A stretch of 61,444 bases of DNA, taken from an uncultured Pseudomonadales bacterium (GTDB lineage Bacteria > Patescibacteriota > Microgenomatia > UBA1400 > PJMF01). The notes beneath the pieces are model-generated. The model saw only the letters and a list, made by a program, of their open reading frames with translations, made no database searches and was not told the origin of the DNA. Position numbers and translations under genes: made by a program. Positions within the stretch are counted from its first letter, which is position 1. Every line of letters starts with the position of its first letter. The DNA lies in the NCBI GenBank assembly GCA_964455555.1, contig CAYVXV010000005.1, positions 1-61,444 on the forward strand, given 5' to 3'. Below are positions 16,512-25,836 of this stretch, in pieces.

Positions 16512-17585
16512 TTGCAGAATACCCAAGGTATCGTGTACACTGAAGGTATGTTCGACCCTGCCCGCGACAACCAGCAGCCAGAATCCACTCCGCCATCCAA
16601 TCCTACGGTTGCGTTTAAGCAGTCCATGCAGGGCAGCAACCCCTCACCCGCTCCAAATCAGGATCATGAAACTCCTGTTTTTATCAACCGATCCGGCACT
16701 TTTGTACCAGGAGCTCCGCCTCCACCTGCTCAGGAACCAGAGGCAGCCGGTTTAACTCAAGCAAAAAATCAAGCAACACCGCAGACTGCTTACACTGCCC
16801 CTCCTCCTCCCAGCGATGTTCCGCCCAAGCCTGAAACGGCTCCTTTTACTCCACAGACTGAGCCTCAACCTGCCGATCCAAATCCAATAGGCCAGCCTGC
16901 CGCACCGGAACAACCAGGTTTTCAGAATCAAAACCAAACAGAGCAACCAAATATAGCAGAGCCAAACCTTGAGCAGCCAGATCAGAAACAATCCAACTCA
17001 AGCCAACAAAACCCATCCCGCTTCGACAATGTACCTCCGGATGAGTACCAAGATGAGTACTATGATAATTATTACCCTCCCTACATGCCGCCGCCACCAA
17101 TTCAAGAAGAGTTGATTTATGAGTGGGAAGCACCAAGCCGGCCTTTCAAACCTCACAAGCGACAGTATTACACTACTGTCGGCACCATTGTGCTATTGAT
17201 CTCACTCATCCTGTTCTTCGCCGGCCAATTCCTGCCTATAGCTGTTGTCATAGCAGTAGCCTTTTTGACATACGTCATGACTAGTATTCCGCCTGGAAAT
17301 GTTACCAATACTACCACCACTTTTGGCATTAGGATCGGCGACCAGCTATATTTTTGGGAGGAATTGGGTAGGTTTTGGTTTAAGAAAAAGTATGATGAGG
17401 AAGTGCTTTATATTGAGGCTTTCCGCTTTCCAAACCGGCTCACTTTGCTGCTGGGCAAGGCAGATAAAGCACTGATCCGCGACATCCTGTCGCTGGCTTT
17501 GCTTGAAGGCGAACCTGCGCCGACTTACTACGAAAGAGCTGCTGACTGGCTTCAAAAAAAGATCCCACTAGACCTTGATGCATAA
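16512..17585 (+). CDS. Pro/Gln-rich low-complexity protein with C-terminal two-TM domain
   Basis: About 190 aa of P/Q/N-rich sequence, then TM helices and a conserved-looking C-terminal domain. The start is uncertain (the ATG at 16548 is possible). Confidence 0.55.
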   Translation: MQNTQGIVYTEGMFDPARDNQQPESTPPSNPTVAFKQSMQGSNPSPAPNQDHETPVFINRSGTFVPGAPPPPAQEPEAAGLTQAKNQATPQTAYTAPPPPSDVPPKPETAPFTPQTEPQPADPNPIGQPAAPEQPGFQNQNQTEQPNIAEPNLEQPDQKQSNSSQQNPSRFDNVPPDEYQDEYYDNYYPPYMPPPPIQEELIYEWEAPSRPFKPHKRQYYTTVGTIVLLISLILFFAGQFLPIAVVIAVAFLTYVMTSIPPGNVTNTTTTFGIRIGDQLYFWEELGRFWFKKKYDEEVLYIEAFRFPNRLTLLLGKADKALIRDILSLALLEGEPAPTYYERAADWLQKKIPLDLDA

Positions 17586-17678
17586 GCCAGCTATCATTCA
17601 CGTCCAGATTTTCCCATTCCCGCTTAAACTGTTCTAATTGCTCCTTTGATTTGATACAATACGGTTCATTCAAGACAA

Positions 17679-17752
17679 GCACCCGTAGCTCAGTTGGATA
17701 GAGCATCTGATTGCGGATCAGAAGGCCGTGCGTTCGAGTCGCGCCGGGTGCA
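17679..17752 (+). tRNA. tRNA-Arg (anticodon GCG)
   Basis: Acceptor GCACCCG/CGGGTGC, D-arm GCTC-AGTTGGATA-GAGC, anticodon loop TTGCGGA, T-loop TTCGAGT. Confidence 0.85.
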
Positions 17753-17763
17753 CTTTCAAAAAC

Positions 17764-18354
17764 ATGCCAGAAACAACCCGCCAAATAATTCTTGCTTCGG
17801 AGTCAAGGCAGCGAAAAGCTATGCTTGATACTCTTCATTTGCCCTACCTGCAAGTGCCCGCTCAAATTGATGAAAGTGCCATTTCTGCTGACTCAGAAGA
17901 AAAGCGTTGCGAACTCATTGCCCGAGCCAAAGCAGAGGCTGTTGCTGAGGAGTATCCGGAGGGTATTATCATAGCCGCAGACACATACTCAGTAGCAGAT
18001 GGCAAGGCCTTCGAAAAACCAGCCAATAAAGAAGAAGCTAAAGCAATGCTTAGAGCTCTGTCCGGAAAAGTTAATACGACCATTACCGGGTTTTGCTTTA
18101 TAGATAGAAATAATTCTATAGATGAATCGATGACTGTTGTAACTCAATATACCTTCCGCGACCTTTCAGACAATGAGATAGATAGGTATGTAGCCCACAA
18201 TCCAGTGACAACCTGGTCGGCAGCTTTTAGCCCAGCATATGATAGCGGCATGGCTCTTATTGAATCTGTAGACGGACCGATAACCAGCTTCACCCATGGT
18301 TTGCCGCTGGAAAAAGTGGTCCACTTTCTCAAAAAATCAGGTGTGGCTGTATAA
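17764..18354 (+). CDS. maf: Maf-like nucleoside-triphosphate pyrophosphatase
   Basis: IILASESRQRKAML...QIDES, typical of Maf/YhdE. The start was trimmed to the ATG at 17764 because the longer ORF would overlap the tRNA. Confidence 0.75.
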   Translation: MPETTRQIILASESRQRKAMLDTLHLPYLQVPAQIDESAISADSEEKRCELIARAKAEAVAEEYPEGIIIAADTYSVADGKAFEKPANKEEAKAMLRALSGKVNTTITGFCFIDRNNSIDESMTVVTQYTFRDLSDNEIDRYVAHNPVTTWSAAFSPAYDSGMALIESVDGPITSFTHGLPLEKVVHFLKKSGVAV

Positions 18355-18399
18355 TAGCTTTCAGAACTGATAGCGAATATCTATTGAACGCGCTAGCTT

Positions 18400-18484
18400 G
18401 GAGGAGTCGCATAGTGGCCAATTGCACCGGTTTCGAAAACCGGACCCTTCATTGGGTTCGTGGGTTCAAATCCCACCTCCTCCG
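18400..18484 (+). tRNA. tRNA-Ser (anticodon CGA)
   Basis: Acceptor GGAGGAG/CTCCTCC-G, anticodon loop TTCGAAA, long variable arm, T-loop TTCAAAT. Confidence 0.9.
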
Positions 18485-18826
18485 CATAGAAAATTATGTT
18501 AAAAAAAATTTACCAAAAAAATTAGAAAAATTAATATTATACTTTTGCCAATACATTTACTCATGATATTTGAGTTATTCATGATTGGATTATTTACATA
18601 CCATTATAAAAATAACAATTTTGAGAGATATAATTGCAAACAAATGCTACTGCAGGATAGGAGCACTCTTCTACAAAATAAAAACAATTTAGCTTGCCAA
18701 ACAATCTGCACACTACCAGCCAATATTAGAGGTCTAATTATGACGATAGTGGCACTTTATCTAATAAATTTTATTGATAGGAAGTACCTTAAATTAAGCA
18801 ATCTATTAAGTAAGCCTAGGTAAAAT

Positions 18827-19450
18827 GTGAGTAATATAGAATCGTATTTTAAAAACCCTTGGAAAGAAGATGGCCGCACTCTTAAGTCGCCTTATATGGC
18901 AGTGTTAAGAGATGCGAGAAAAGCTACAAATAGAAATCAAACAACTGGAAACTTATTGACCTCAAAAAAAACCTTAAACAGGCATGGAAGCTGGATAGGT
19001 AGCTTAGGATATCTAATTCTTATTGACCACGTTGGTTCACACTTTACTTTGATAGACGCAGACATCAGCAGAGGAAGTGTAAATAACTTTATCTATGCAT
19101 TGAAAGTATTTTCAGATCTCTCTGAAAAAGAAAGGCTAGCATTGTATGCTTTGAGAAATTGTTTTGCTCATGATTATGGGCTTACAAATATACCAGACGA
19201 CCGTATGAATACACAAGTTAGAGATTTACTATTTCATCACTTTGTTGTTTATGATTCAGATAATGGTGAGATGATTTCATTTCCAAAAACGAGATGGGAT
19301 GGAAGTGATATTACAAAAAAATCACACATTACAAAAATAAATCTCAGAAAAGTAGGAAATTTTGTTGAAGAAATGCATATATCTCTTAAGGGCTTGGCTG
19401 CAGCCAAAAAGCTGAAAGTGACAGCTGATCTAGAATTAATTCATTACTAA
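18827..19450 (+). CDS. HEPN-motif protein (putative RNase; Abi/toxin-like)
   Basis: 207 aa with LALYALRNCFAHDYGL, that is an Rx4H motif (R110, H115) in a helical context as in HEPN families. Very AT-rich, with a GTG start. It is the sole cargo between tRNA-Ser(CGA) and a degenerate repeat of the tRNA 3-prime end. Confidence 0.55.
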   Translation: MSNIESYFKNPWKEDGRTLKSPYMAVLRDARKATNRNQTTGNLLTSKKTLNRHGSWIGSLGYLILIDHVGSHFTLIDADISRGSVNNFIYALKVFSDLSEKERLALYALRNCFAHDYGLTNIPDDRMNTQVRDLLFHHFVVYDSDNGEMISFPKTRWDGSDITKKSHITKINLRKVGNFVEEMHISLKGLAAAKKLKVTADLELIHY

Positions 19451-19483
19451 GGTTCCAACTTCATCCCACCTTCTCCACAACAA
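19451..19483 (+). repeat. Degenerate direct repeat of the tRNA-Ser 3-prime end
   Basis: GGTTCCAACTTCATCCCACCTTCTCCACAACAA compares with the tRNA 3-prime end GGGTTCAAATCCCACCTCCTCCGCA and with 1383-1415 (GTTCCAACATCATCCCA...CCGCAACAA). Confidence 0.55.
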
Positions 19484-19489
19484 GCCGCC

Positions 19490-21541
19490 CTATAACTCCC
19501 TCGCAAACTCCGTCAGCCCCCAGATAGTTGCCTTACTATTGGAAAAAACCGGAGATAGATGTGCCTTCGGTCCGGTGTCAATGTTGAAGACCTGATTCGG
19601 TTCATGAAGAATATAGAGGTAATCAATTCCATATTCCATCATTTTAGCAGCAACTGCACTGCTGGATGCGGTTGCAAACAAAAATTCAACATTTTCCATC
19701 CTTTGTTCAACCGGCTGGTTGTGACTTAGTAAGATATTAGAACCTGCCATATATGACTGACGCTTAGAAAAGAGTGAGACATATGGAGTCTCATAATTAT
19801 CGTGCCTCAATTTATTATGTGCCTGAACCACAGCATTTTTCTCTGTGTTTTCCCTTAGGTATGTCAAAGCCTCTTCTTCTGCTTGTGAAAGAATCATGCT
19901 TTCCTCGAAAAAAATTGTGCTTCTGATAAATAAATAAGCATCCTGAAGCGGACGAGGAACGGATAGCGCTATGATTAGCACTGAGAGGGTTATGTATGCA
20001 AGTTTGGGGACCTTGGTTTTTATCCACTCTAAATTAAAAGGCAAAAGCAAACCCCCCACCCAAAGCGAAACAATGAAAAAATTAAAAACGTTTGCACCAC
20101 CGGATGACTGCAAAACATTCATTCCCAGGACAGTGAAAGCAAGTGTGGCCGGCCAAACAAATACTAAAAAAGCATTTTGGACTTTGTTTTTTTTGAGCCA
20201 TTGCACCGGAGGAACTAATCCCAGCAGCCTAGTGCCATACATAGCAGTTAAAAAGATTGCTGTTGCCATACCAAACCAGACAACAAGCGCCTTAACATTA
20301 CCTGCCTCTTCATAAACCTGTAAGCGCAGCCACCACTCGTTCCAATCTAGGTTTTGTGCTCCCAGTAAAATTTTTGGCCAAGCAAAAGGTGCGAGAAATA
20401 AACCGCCTGCGTCTTTGTTTGGAGGTAAAAATACAGCTAAAGAAACAACACCAAATATTAGGTAACAAAACAGGTGCTTTATTAAATTCAGCGGTGCAAC
20501 TATGCGTTGTTTCTTCAGTGAATGGACAAATCCCACAAAAATTTGTAAAAGAAGATATAAACTGTACCCAACTACAGCAAAAATTCCCCAGTAAACCTTA
20601 AAACCAAATAAGCTGGCAAATAAAAGAGCCATTGCCACTCCAAACTTAAGCCTCCCCTTTCTTACAAACATTAAAAACAAAATGACGGCGGCAACCAACG
20701 TCATTCTGGCAAAAGCCTGAGGCATATTTAAAAACTGCAATACTCCATGGTCTATTGCAGGAAGATTCCAAGCTAGTTTTCCTGTAAATAATTTGGCAAA
20801 AATATGAGCAGAATTTCCGGCAAAAAAATGAAAAAACAATACCCAGCGCTGTGTAACAACAGATCCATTAAGCATTTTAATAAGTGAAATGAGCAGAGTG
20901 GGAATACTTAAAGCAATAACAAAGGGAAGGAACTGAAAATACAAGTGATTAACTGAGAGAAAAAACAGACGAGATGCATCTGACAGATACAAGTCTGACC
21001 AGTAATGATAATTGGTTACCAATAGGCCGGCTGCCCCAGGTTGTACAGGAGGAAAGTTATCCTTGCTAAATTCTGCAAAACCAAGATGTAGTAAACCATC
21101 TACACTATTAAGACGGTGATAAATTATTCCTTCGGACTGCCTGAAACCTGAAGTTGCAACCACTACCAACTGCATAGCCACGCCAATCACCAATAATAAC
21201 AAGATAGTTTTATCAAACTGTATAAGTTGCATTCTAGCTGCTTTTAGCAATCCAACCAGCATATCTCTTTGGAGAATCAATGATACCGCGCCCATTAATG
21301 GAAAGAGCCAACTCAGCCATCTTAAGCCCAGATAGCCAAATAAATAACCTGAACCGCTAAAAATAACTACACTAAAAACGAATGAAAAAGCTAGTACCCC
21401 AAGCGGATCATTTTCGAGATACCGCTTGGAAAGAAGAGTTTTTGCCACGAATACACCGAGAGATAATGAAATGGTTAAAAAAGTCAGGAATTTAACTGCC
21501 TCAAACAAAAATTCAATACTGAATAAAGGGAAAATATTCAT
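19490..21541 (-). CDS. Large polytopic membrane protein (possible GT-C-type glycosyltransferase or polymerase; function uncertain)
   Basis: 683 aa with more than 12 predicted TM segments and a C-terminal soluble domain. No diagnostic motif recognised. Confidence 0.5.
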   Translation of the reverse strand: MNIFPLFSIEFLFEAVKFLTFLTISLSLGVFVAKTLLSKRYLENDPLGVLAFSFVFSVVIFSGSGYLFGYLGLRWLSWLFPLMGAVSLILQRDMLVGLLKAARMQLIQFDKTILLLLVIGVAMQLVVVATSGFRQSEGIIYHRLNSVDGLLHLGFAEFSKDNFPPVQPGAAGLLVTNYHYWSDLYLSDASRLFFLSVNHLYFQFLPFVIALSIPTLLISLIKMLNGSVVTQRWVLFFHFFAGNSAHIFAKLFTGKLAWNLPAIDHGVLQFLNMPQAFARMTLVAAVILFLMFVRKGRLKFGVAMALLFASLFGFKVYWGIFAVVGYSLYLLLQIFVGFVHSLKKQRIVAPLNLIKHLFCYLIFGVVSLAVFLPPNKDAGGLFLAPFAWPKILLGAQNLDWNEWWLRLQVYEEAGNVKALVVWFGMATAIFLTAMYGTRLLGLVPPVQWLKKNKVQNAFLVFVWPATLAFTVLGMNVLQSSGGANVFNFFIVSLWVGGLLLPFNLEWIKTKVPKLAYITLSVLIIALSVPRPLQDAYLFIRSTIFFEESMILSQAEEEALTYLRENTEKNAVVQAHNKLRHDNYETPYVSLFSKRQSYMAGSNILLSHNQPVEQRMENVEFLFATASSSAVAAKMMEYGIDYLYILHEPNQVFNIDTGPKAHLSPVFSNSKATIWGLTEFAREL

Positions 21542-21681
21542 AACTAGGCTTGCAGCTCACATATAGAAATATCTTAATATCATAATAACCCATCTGACCC
21601 TTCCAGCAAATCTGTTCTTGATCCTTCTAAAGAGTTGATTGATTATTAAATATACTATTATTACTGGTATATAATCAGCCT

Positions 21682-21903
21682 ATGAAAAACCTTAGAGAAG
21701 CCTTCAAAAGAAAACCTCGGTACCAAGTCAGGGGGATCGGCAATATTGTTGAGCCGGTCGCATCATCCGAGAAGACTGAGCAAACTGCTGACAACACCTT
21801 TACCACCACTCACCGCTTCTACCTTACCGCAATTTTGGAAGCAAAAATGAGGGAAATTTTAGACCCAACCAGAGACTTCAGTTTGCTGGAACCTGAAGAT
21901 TAA
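21682..21903 (+). CDS. Hypothetical 73-aa protein
   Basis: ORF only. Confidence 0.35.
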   Translation: MKNLREAFKRKPRYQVRGIGNIVEPVASSEKTEQTADNTFTTTHRFYLTAILEAKMREILDPTRDFSLLEPED

Positions 21904-21980
21904 TAGCTATATACCCATTTTAATCATCCACTCAATTTCAATCATCACCTCCTGATATAATATGCATCTCAGAATTTTTT

Positions 21981-23093
21981 TTGATGGTTCAATTAAAATT
22001 GACCGCTGGTGCAAGCCGTATGAAACATCCAGAGCAACTTATGACCGAACGGGACCAATATAACGACCATAGCCACCTGATGCAAACTCCGGATGAGGAT
22101 CAAAACTTCAAACTTGTGGATGACCTGAACAACGCACTCCGGGAACAATACCCTGAAGCTGCTACCGAGCTAACAAGGTTTTTTTTGGATATTCTGGCCA
22201 GGGACCTCGAAGAGTTGAGAAAAGTGCCGTCACTATTTAGAAAGCAGGAAGGTGAGCGATCGGTCGCAGGCAGCTTCGCCCATATACTTGATTTTCTAAA
22301 TTTCCTTAAAACAGACTTTGCAGATTTGGAGAGCCCTTTCACTCCAGGATTGTCTGGAATGAATGCGATGTATTTAATTGGTAAAGCAGGAGAACAAAAA
22401 GGCTTTTTTAATTGGAGCCTGCACGAGGACAAACCGGATACCATTTCCATATTTAATCTCCAATTCGGTGAGAGCCAGTATGCTCTGCCGATTGATATTG
22501 AAATTGACTTGAACGACCAGATTTTGAAATTTGTCGTTCATGAAAAAATGACAGACGAAGCAACGCTGTCTATGATCGCCGCTTTGTATCAGAAAATGGG
22601 CCTACCCGATAGTTACAGTGAAGAGAGAGTGCGGGAAATCTTTATCGAAAGAAATAAAAGCAGACAAACTGCAATAATGTTCAACCTTCTCAGTGATCCC
22701 CTGGTCTTAGAAAGTTGGTTTTCTGAAGGAGATTGGCATCCGGCATCCCTCCGTTATCCTACCCCGGAGGAACAAGCGCAATTTTTCCAGCTTACAAAAG
22801 CTGTGTCCTTGCGAGCCGACCAGAAATTAGAAACTGTGGTTGGCCTCGGTTCGAGTCAGTTATTATTGACTGCAAAATTTGATTTGTCGGGCGGCTACCC
22901 TTATATTGAGGCCCGCCGGCCCAGCTCGGAAATGAGCACCTACGTCTATCTTCCCGGAACCGTGACTGACGATAATGGCAACACTCAAAACACCATTATG
23001 GAAATTGCTTTCATTAACGACGCTCCTTACGCTATTTTTGAGAAAAGCTGGGCATACCTGCTGCGCTCTGCTGAAGCGGCAGGATTAATTTAG
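21981..23093 (+). CDS. Hypothetical protein (about 360 aa)
   Basis: Long ORF with normal composition and no motif recognised. The start may be the ATG at 22020. Confidence 0.55.
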   Translation: MMVQLKLTAGASRMKHPEQLMTERDQYNDHSHLMQTPDEDQNFKLVDDLNNALREQYPEAATELTRFFLDILARDLEELRKVPSLFRKQEGERSVAGSFAHILDFLNFLKTDFADLESPFTPGLSGMNAMYLIGKAGEQKGFFNWSLHEDKPDTISIFNLQFGESQYALPIDIEIDLNDQILKFVVHEKMTDEATLSMIAALYQKMGLPDSYSEERVREIFIERNKSRQTAIMFNLLSDPLVLESWFSEGDWHPASLRYPTPEEQAQFFQLTKAVSLRADQKLETVVGLGSSQLLLTAKFDLSGGYPYIEARRPSSEMSTYVYLPGTVTDDNGNTQNTIMEIAFINDAPYAIFEKSWAYLLRSAEAAGLI

Positions 23094-23105
23094 CACATCT
23101 TGCGC

Positions 23106-23909
23106 TCACTCAATTAAATCCCCTGCCGGTTCCAGTTCTTCCAAATAATTAGCCAGCTCTTGTTCGAGTCGGTAAACTATTCTTAGATACTGCGCATTTC
23201 TTTCTGCAGCACAAAACGGTGCGCAATAGCTATACTGTGCGCTCATGACTGCTTCCTCCCAACTCATACCTGGGTTTAGTTCCAAAATCGTCTCAGCATT
23301 ATCCCTCATCTTCGAAGCCGCCCATAAAATTTCCTGATAATCATAGGTATATCCTGGACCCAAATTGGACGTATAACGCTGACCCTGCCAAAGCTGCAAA
23401 AAATCATATTTACGTGAGGCCTCCAAGACATCTTTTAAACTGTAATATTCTTCGTTGCGCTGCATGCCCATTTGAAAACCTTCGGTAGGAAACCCGTGGC
23501 GCGATGCCACTGTTTCCTGCTCGTGGGCAATCCACATCATTTCCCAAGGAATTTGATATTCAAGCTCAGCTGCATAATATAAAGGAAAGTACCTTTCAAA
23601 ATCATCAATTTGCTGCTCCAAAGTTAGGCCTTTAAATTCATTAAAAAACCTTTGTCTGGATATCACGGCATAATAACTGTCGTACTCCGGCCTAATCCGC
23701 ATCAGGTAACGGTTCAAATCATCAGAATACCAGCTTTCGATTTGCACTTGTATAACTGACTGATAATGGGGAACTTCTTCGGAGTTTGCCGGTTTGGGTG
23801 CAGCAATCATGGCTACAGCCATGAGCCAAATTAGAGTTGCGTAGTAGTTTAACCACTCCTTGTTCTCCGGCACATTTGGAGAGTCTATGGTGCAACTGTT
23901 TGAAATCAA
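23106..23909 (-). CDS. Hypothetical secreted/anchored protein, weakly lytic-transglycosylase-like
   Basis: N-terminal TM segment. WIAHEQETVAS ... MGMQ resembles the E-S ... GLMQ spacing of SLT domains, but the match is weak. Confidence 0.35.
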   Translation of the reverse strand: MISNSCTIDSPNVPENKEWLNYYATLIWLMAVAMIAAPKPANSEEVPHYQSVIQVQIESWYSDDLNRYLMRIRPEYDSYYAVISRQRFFNEFKGLTLEQQIDDFERYFPLYYAAELEYQIPWEMMWIAHEQETVASRHGFPTEGFQMGMQRNEEYYSLKDVLEASRKYDFLQLWQGQRYTSNLGPGYTYDYQEILWAASKMRDNAETILELNPGMSWEEAVMSAQYSYCAPFCAAERNAQYLRIVYRLEQELANYLEELEPAGDLIE

Positions 23910-23943
23910 TGAAAGCTAAGAAGGAAATTAATAAGGAGCAATC

Positions 23944-25785
23944 TTAATTCTTTAGCTCTTTTTTTCTGAGCCTTAAGAACTGCGGTGTGACCTCAAGCAT
24001 TTCGTCATCTCCAATCAGAGTTAATAATTGCTCCAGAGAGGGTTTCCAAGCCGGTGTTAAGACTACAGTGGCATCAGCACTGGAAGCACGCATGTTGGTT
24101 AGTTTTTTGCCGCGGGTCACATTCATAACCATATCTTCCGAGCGGTTATTAATTCCAACTACTTGTCCCGCATACACTTGCTCACCCGGATCCACCAAAA
24201 GCGTGCCCCGCTGCTGAGCTTTCTCAATGGAGTAAGCGGTGGCTGCCCCGGTTTCATGCGACACAATTGCCCCGCCGCGGACGAAAGTGTGGGATTCCAC
24301 CTGCGGTTTGAAGGCTAGAAAAGTACTATTCAGTACTCCCTGGCCTGCTGTTGACGACAATAACTCACTGCGATAACCGATAAGATTGGCAGTAGCCACT
24401 TCGTAAGTAAAGCGGACGCCGTGTTTGGCAGTCTGCATGTTGATTAGCTGAGCGCGCCGTTGTGCCATGGCCCCCGTAACCGTGCCAGTGTAATCGGCCG
24501 GAACATCAATTGTCACCAATTCCCAAGGTTCATGGACTGCTCCATCAATATTTTTAAGCACCACTTCAGGCCGGGATAAAGAAAACTCAAAGCCTTCGCG
24601 GCGCATAGTTTCAATTAGAATTGCCAAATGAAGTTCGCCCCGGCCGACTAGAGTTACCCTCTCACCGCTGTCTCCCTCTATCACTCTAAGGCCAACATTT
24701 GTTTCAAGCTCCTTCATTAATCTTAACCTTAGCTGACGCGAGGTAGAAAATTTTGCATCGCGACCGGCAAATGGCGAAGTATTAACCGTCATCTGCATCT
24801 TAACCGTTGGCTCACTAATTTCCAGTGCCGGCAATGCCTCAGGTGATTCCAAACTGGCCACGGTATCGCCAATTTGAGGTGCATCCAAACCAGCTATTGC
24901 AACAATATCCCCAGCATAGGCTTCTTTTGTTTCAACTCTGCTTAAGCCCTGATGAGTGAAAAGATAGGAAATAGTGGCAGGCTTTGAAATGCCGTCTGCC
25001 CCAATGTGCATGATGCGTTCGCCTTTAGAAATTTTGCCCTGAAAAATCCTGCCTATGCAGATTTTGCCTTTGTGGTCATCCCAATCCAGCGTATTTACCT
25101 GAAATTGCATCGGTGACTCCGGATCACCGCTTGGCGCCGGCACTACTTCTACAATAGTTTCAAATAAGGCTTCCAGCCCAACAGCTCTGGGAATATTCAT
25201 TGAGTGATCCGGCGCCTCTTCTACTGCATGGCCGACCAAACCCTCGATCCCTTTGGCAAATAAAATCGGAAAATCCAGCTGAGAATCATCGACCGCAAGT
25301 TCCAAAAACAAGTCAGCAATCTCACGTTCAACTTCTGCAGTGCGCTGATCTTTGCGGTCAACTTTATTGATAACCACAATCGGCTGGAGGCCCTGTTCCA
25401 GTGCCAGCCCCAAAACATATTTAGTTTGAGACAAGACTCCTTCGGCCGCATCTACCAATAGCAGGCAGCCGCTAGCCATATTGAGTACGCGCTCGACTTC
25501 ACCGGAAAAATCAGCATGGCCAGGGGTATCCAAAATATTAATTTTATAACCATTCCAAAACACAGCTGTGTTTTTAGCCAAAATAGTCACGCCGCGCTCA
25601 CGCTCAAGTTCGTTGGAATCCATGATGGTGTGCTGAAAGTTCTCTTCCTGATGCTCGGCAAAGGTTTTGGTTTGCTTGAGCATAGCATCCACCAGCGTAG
25701 TCTTCCCGTGGTCAACGTGAGCAATAATAGCGATATTTCTGATATTTTCTTGTTTCAGTTCCTGCATAAAATCCTTAAAAGCCAA
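23944..25785 (-). CDS. typA: Translational GTPase TypA/BipA
   Basis: IRNIAIIAHVDHGKTTLVD, DTPGHADF and NKVD motifs. The length of 613 aa and EF-G-like domain order without domain IV are typical of BipA. Confidence 0.9.
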   Translation of the reverse strand: MAFKDFMQELKQENIRNIAIIAHVDHGKTTLVDAMLKQTKTFAEHQEENFQHTIMDSNELERERGVTILAKNTAVFWNGYKINILDTPGHADFSGEVERVLNMASGCLLLVDAAEGVLSQTKYVLGLALEQGLQPIVVINKVDRKDQRTAEVEREIADLFLELAVDDSQLDFPILFAKGIEGLVGHAVEEAPDHSMNIPRAVGLEALFETIVEVVPAPSGDPESPMQFQVNTLDWDDHKGKICIGRIFQGKISKGERIMHIGADGISKPATISYLFTHQGLSRVETKEAYAGDIVAIAGLDAPQIGDTVASLESPEALPALEISEPTVKMQMTVNTSPFAGRDAKFSTSRQLRLRLMKELETNVGLRVIEGDSGERVTLVGRGELHLAILIETMRREGFEFSLSRPEVVLKNIDGAVHEPWELVTIDVPADYTGTVTGAMAQRRAQLINMQTAKHGVRFTYEVATANLIGYRSELLSSTAGQGVLNSTFLAFKPQVESHTFVRGGAIVSHETGAATAYSIEKAQQRGTLLVDPGEQVYAGQVVGINNRSEDMVMNVTRGKKLTNMRASSADATVVLTPAWKPSLEQLLTLIGDDEMLEVTPQFLRLRKKELKN

Positions 25786-25836
25786 GGGGAAATTGTATTC
25801 TATTTAAGGCATAAAAACAAGGTAGAGGGAGTAATG

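Noticed and set aside
16453-16755. ORF 16453-16755 as a separate gene
   Set aside because: It overlaps, in another frame, the longer P/Q-rich ORF 16512-17585, which continues into a well-formed TM/C-terminal domain.
17728-17763. Longer Maf ORF starting at 17728
   Set aside because: It would overlap the 3-prime end of tRNA-Arg(GCG). An ATG at 17764 gives the canonical Maf N-terminus.
18545-18823. 92-aa ORF in the AT-rich spacer upstream of the HEPN gene as a confident CDS
   Set aside because: The sequence is extremely AT-rich and low-complexity (N/K/I/L/Y), and the long version has no convincing start context. I mention only the shorter ATG-initiated 60-codon version (18644-18823) as a possible partner, inside a finding.
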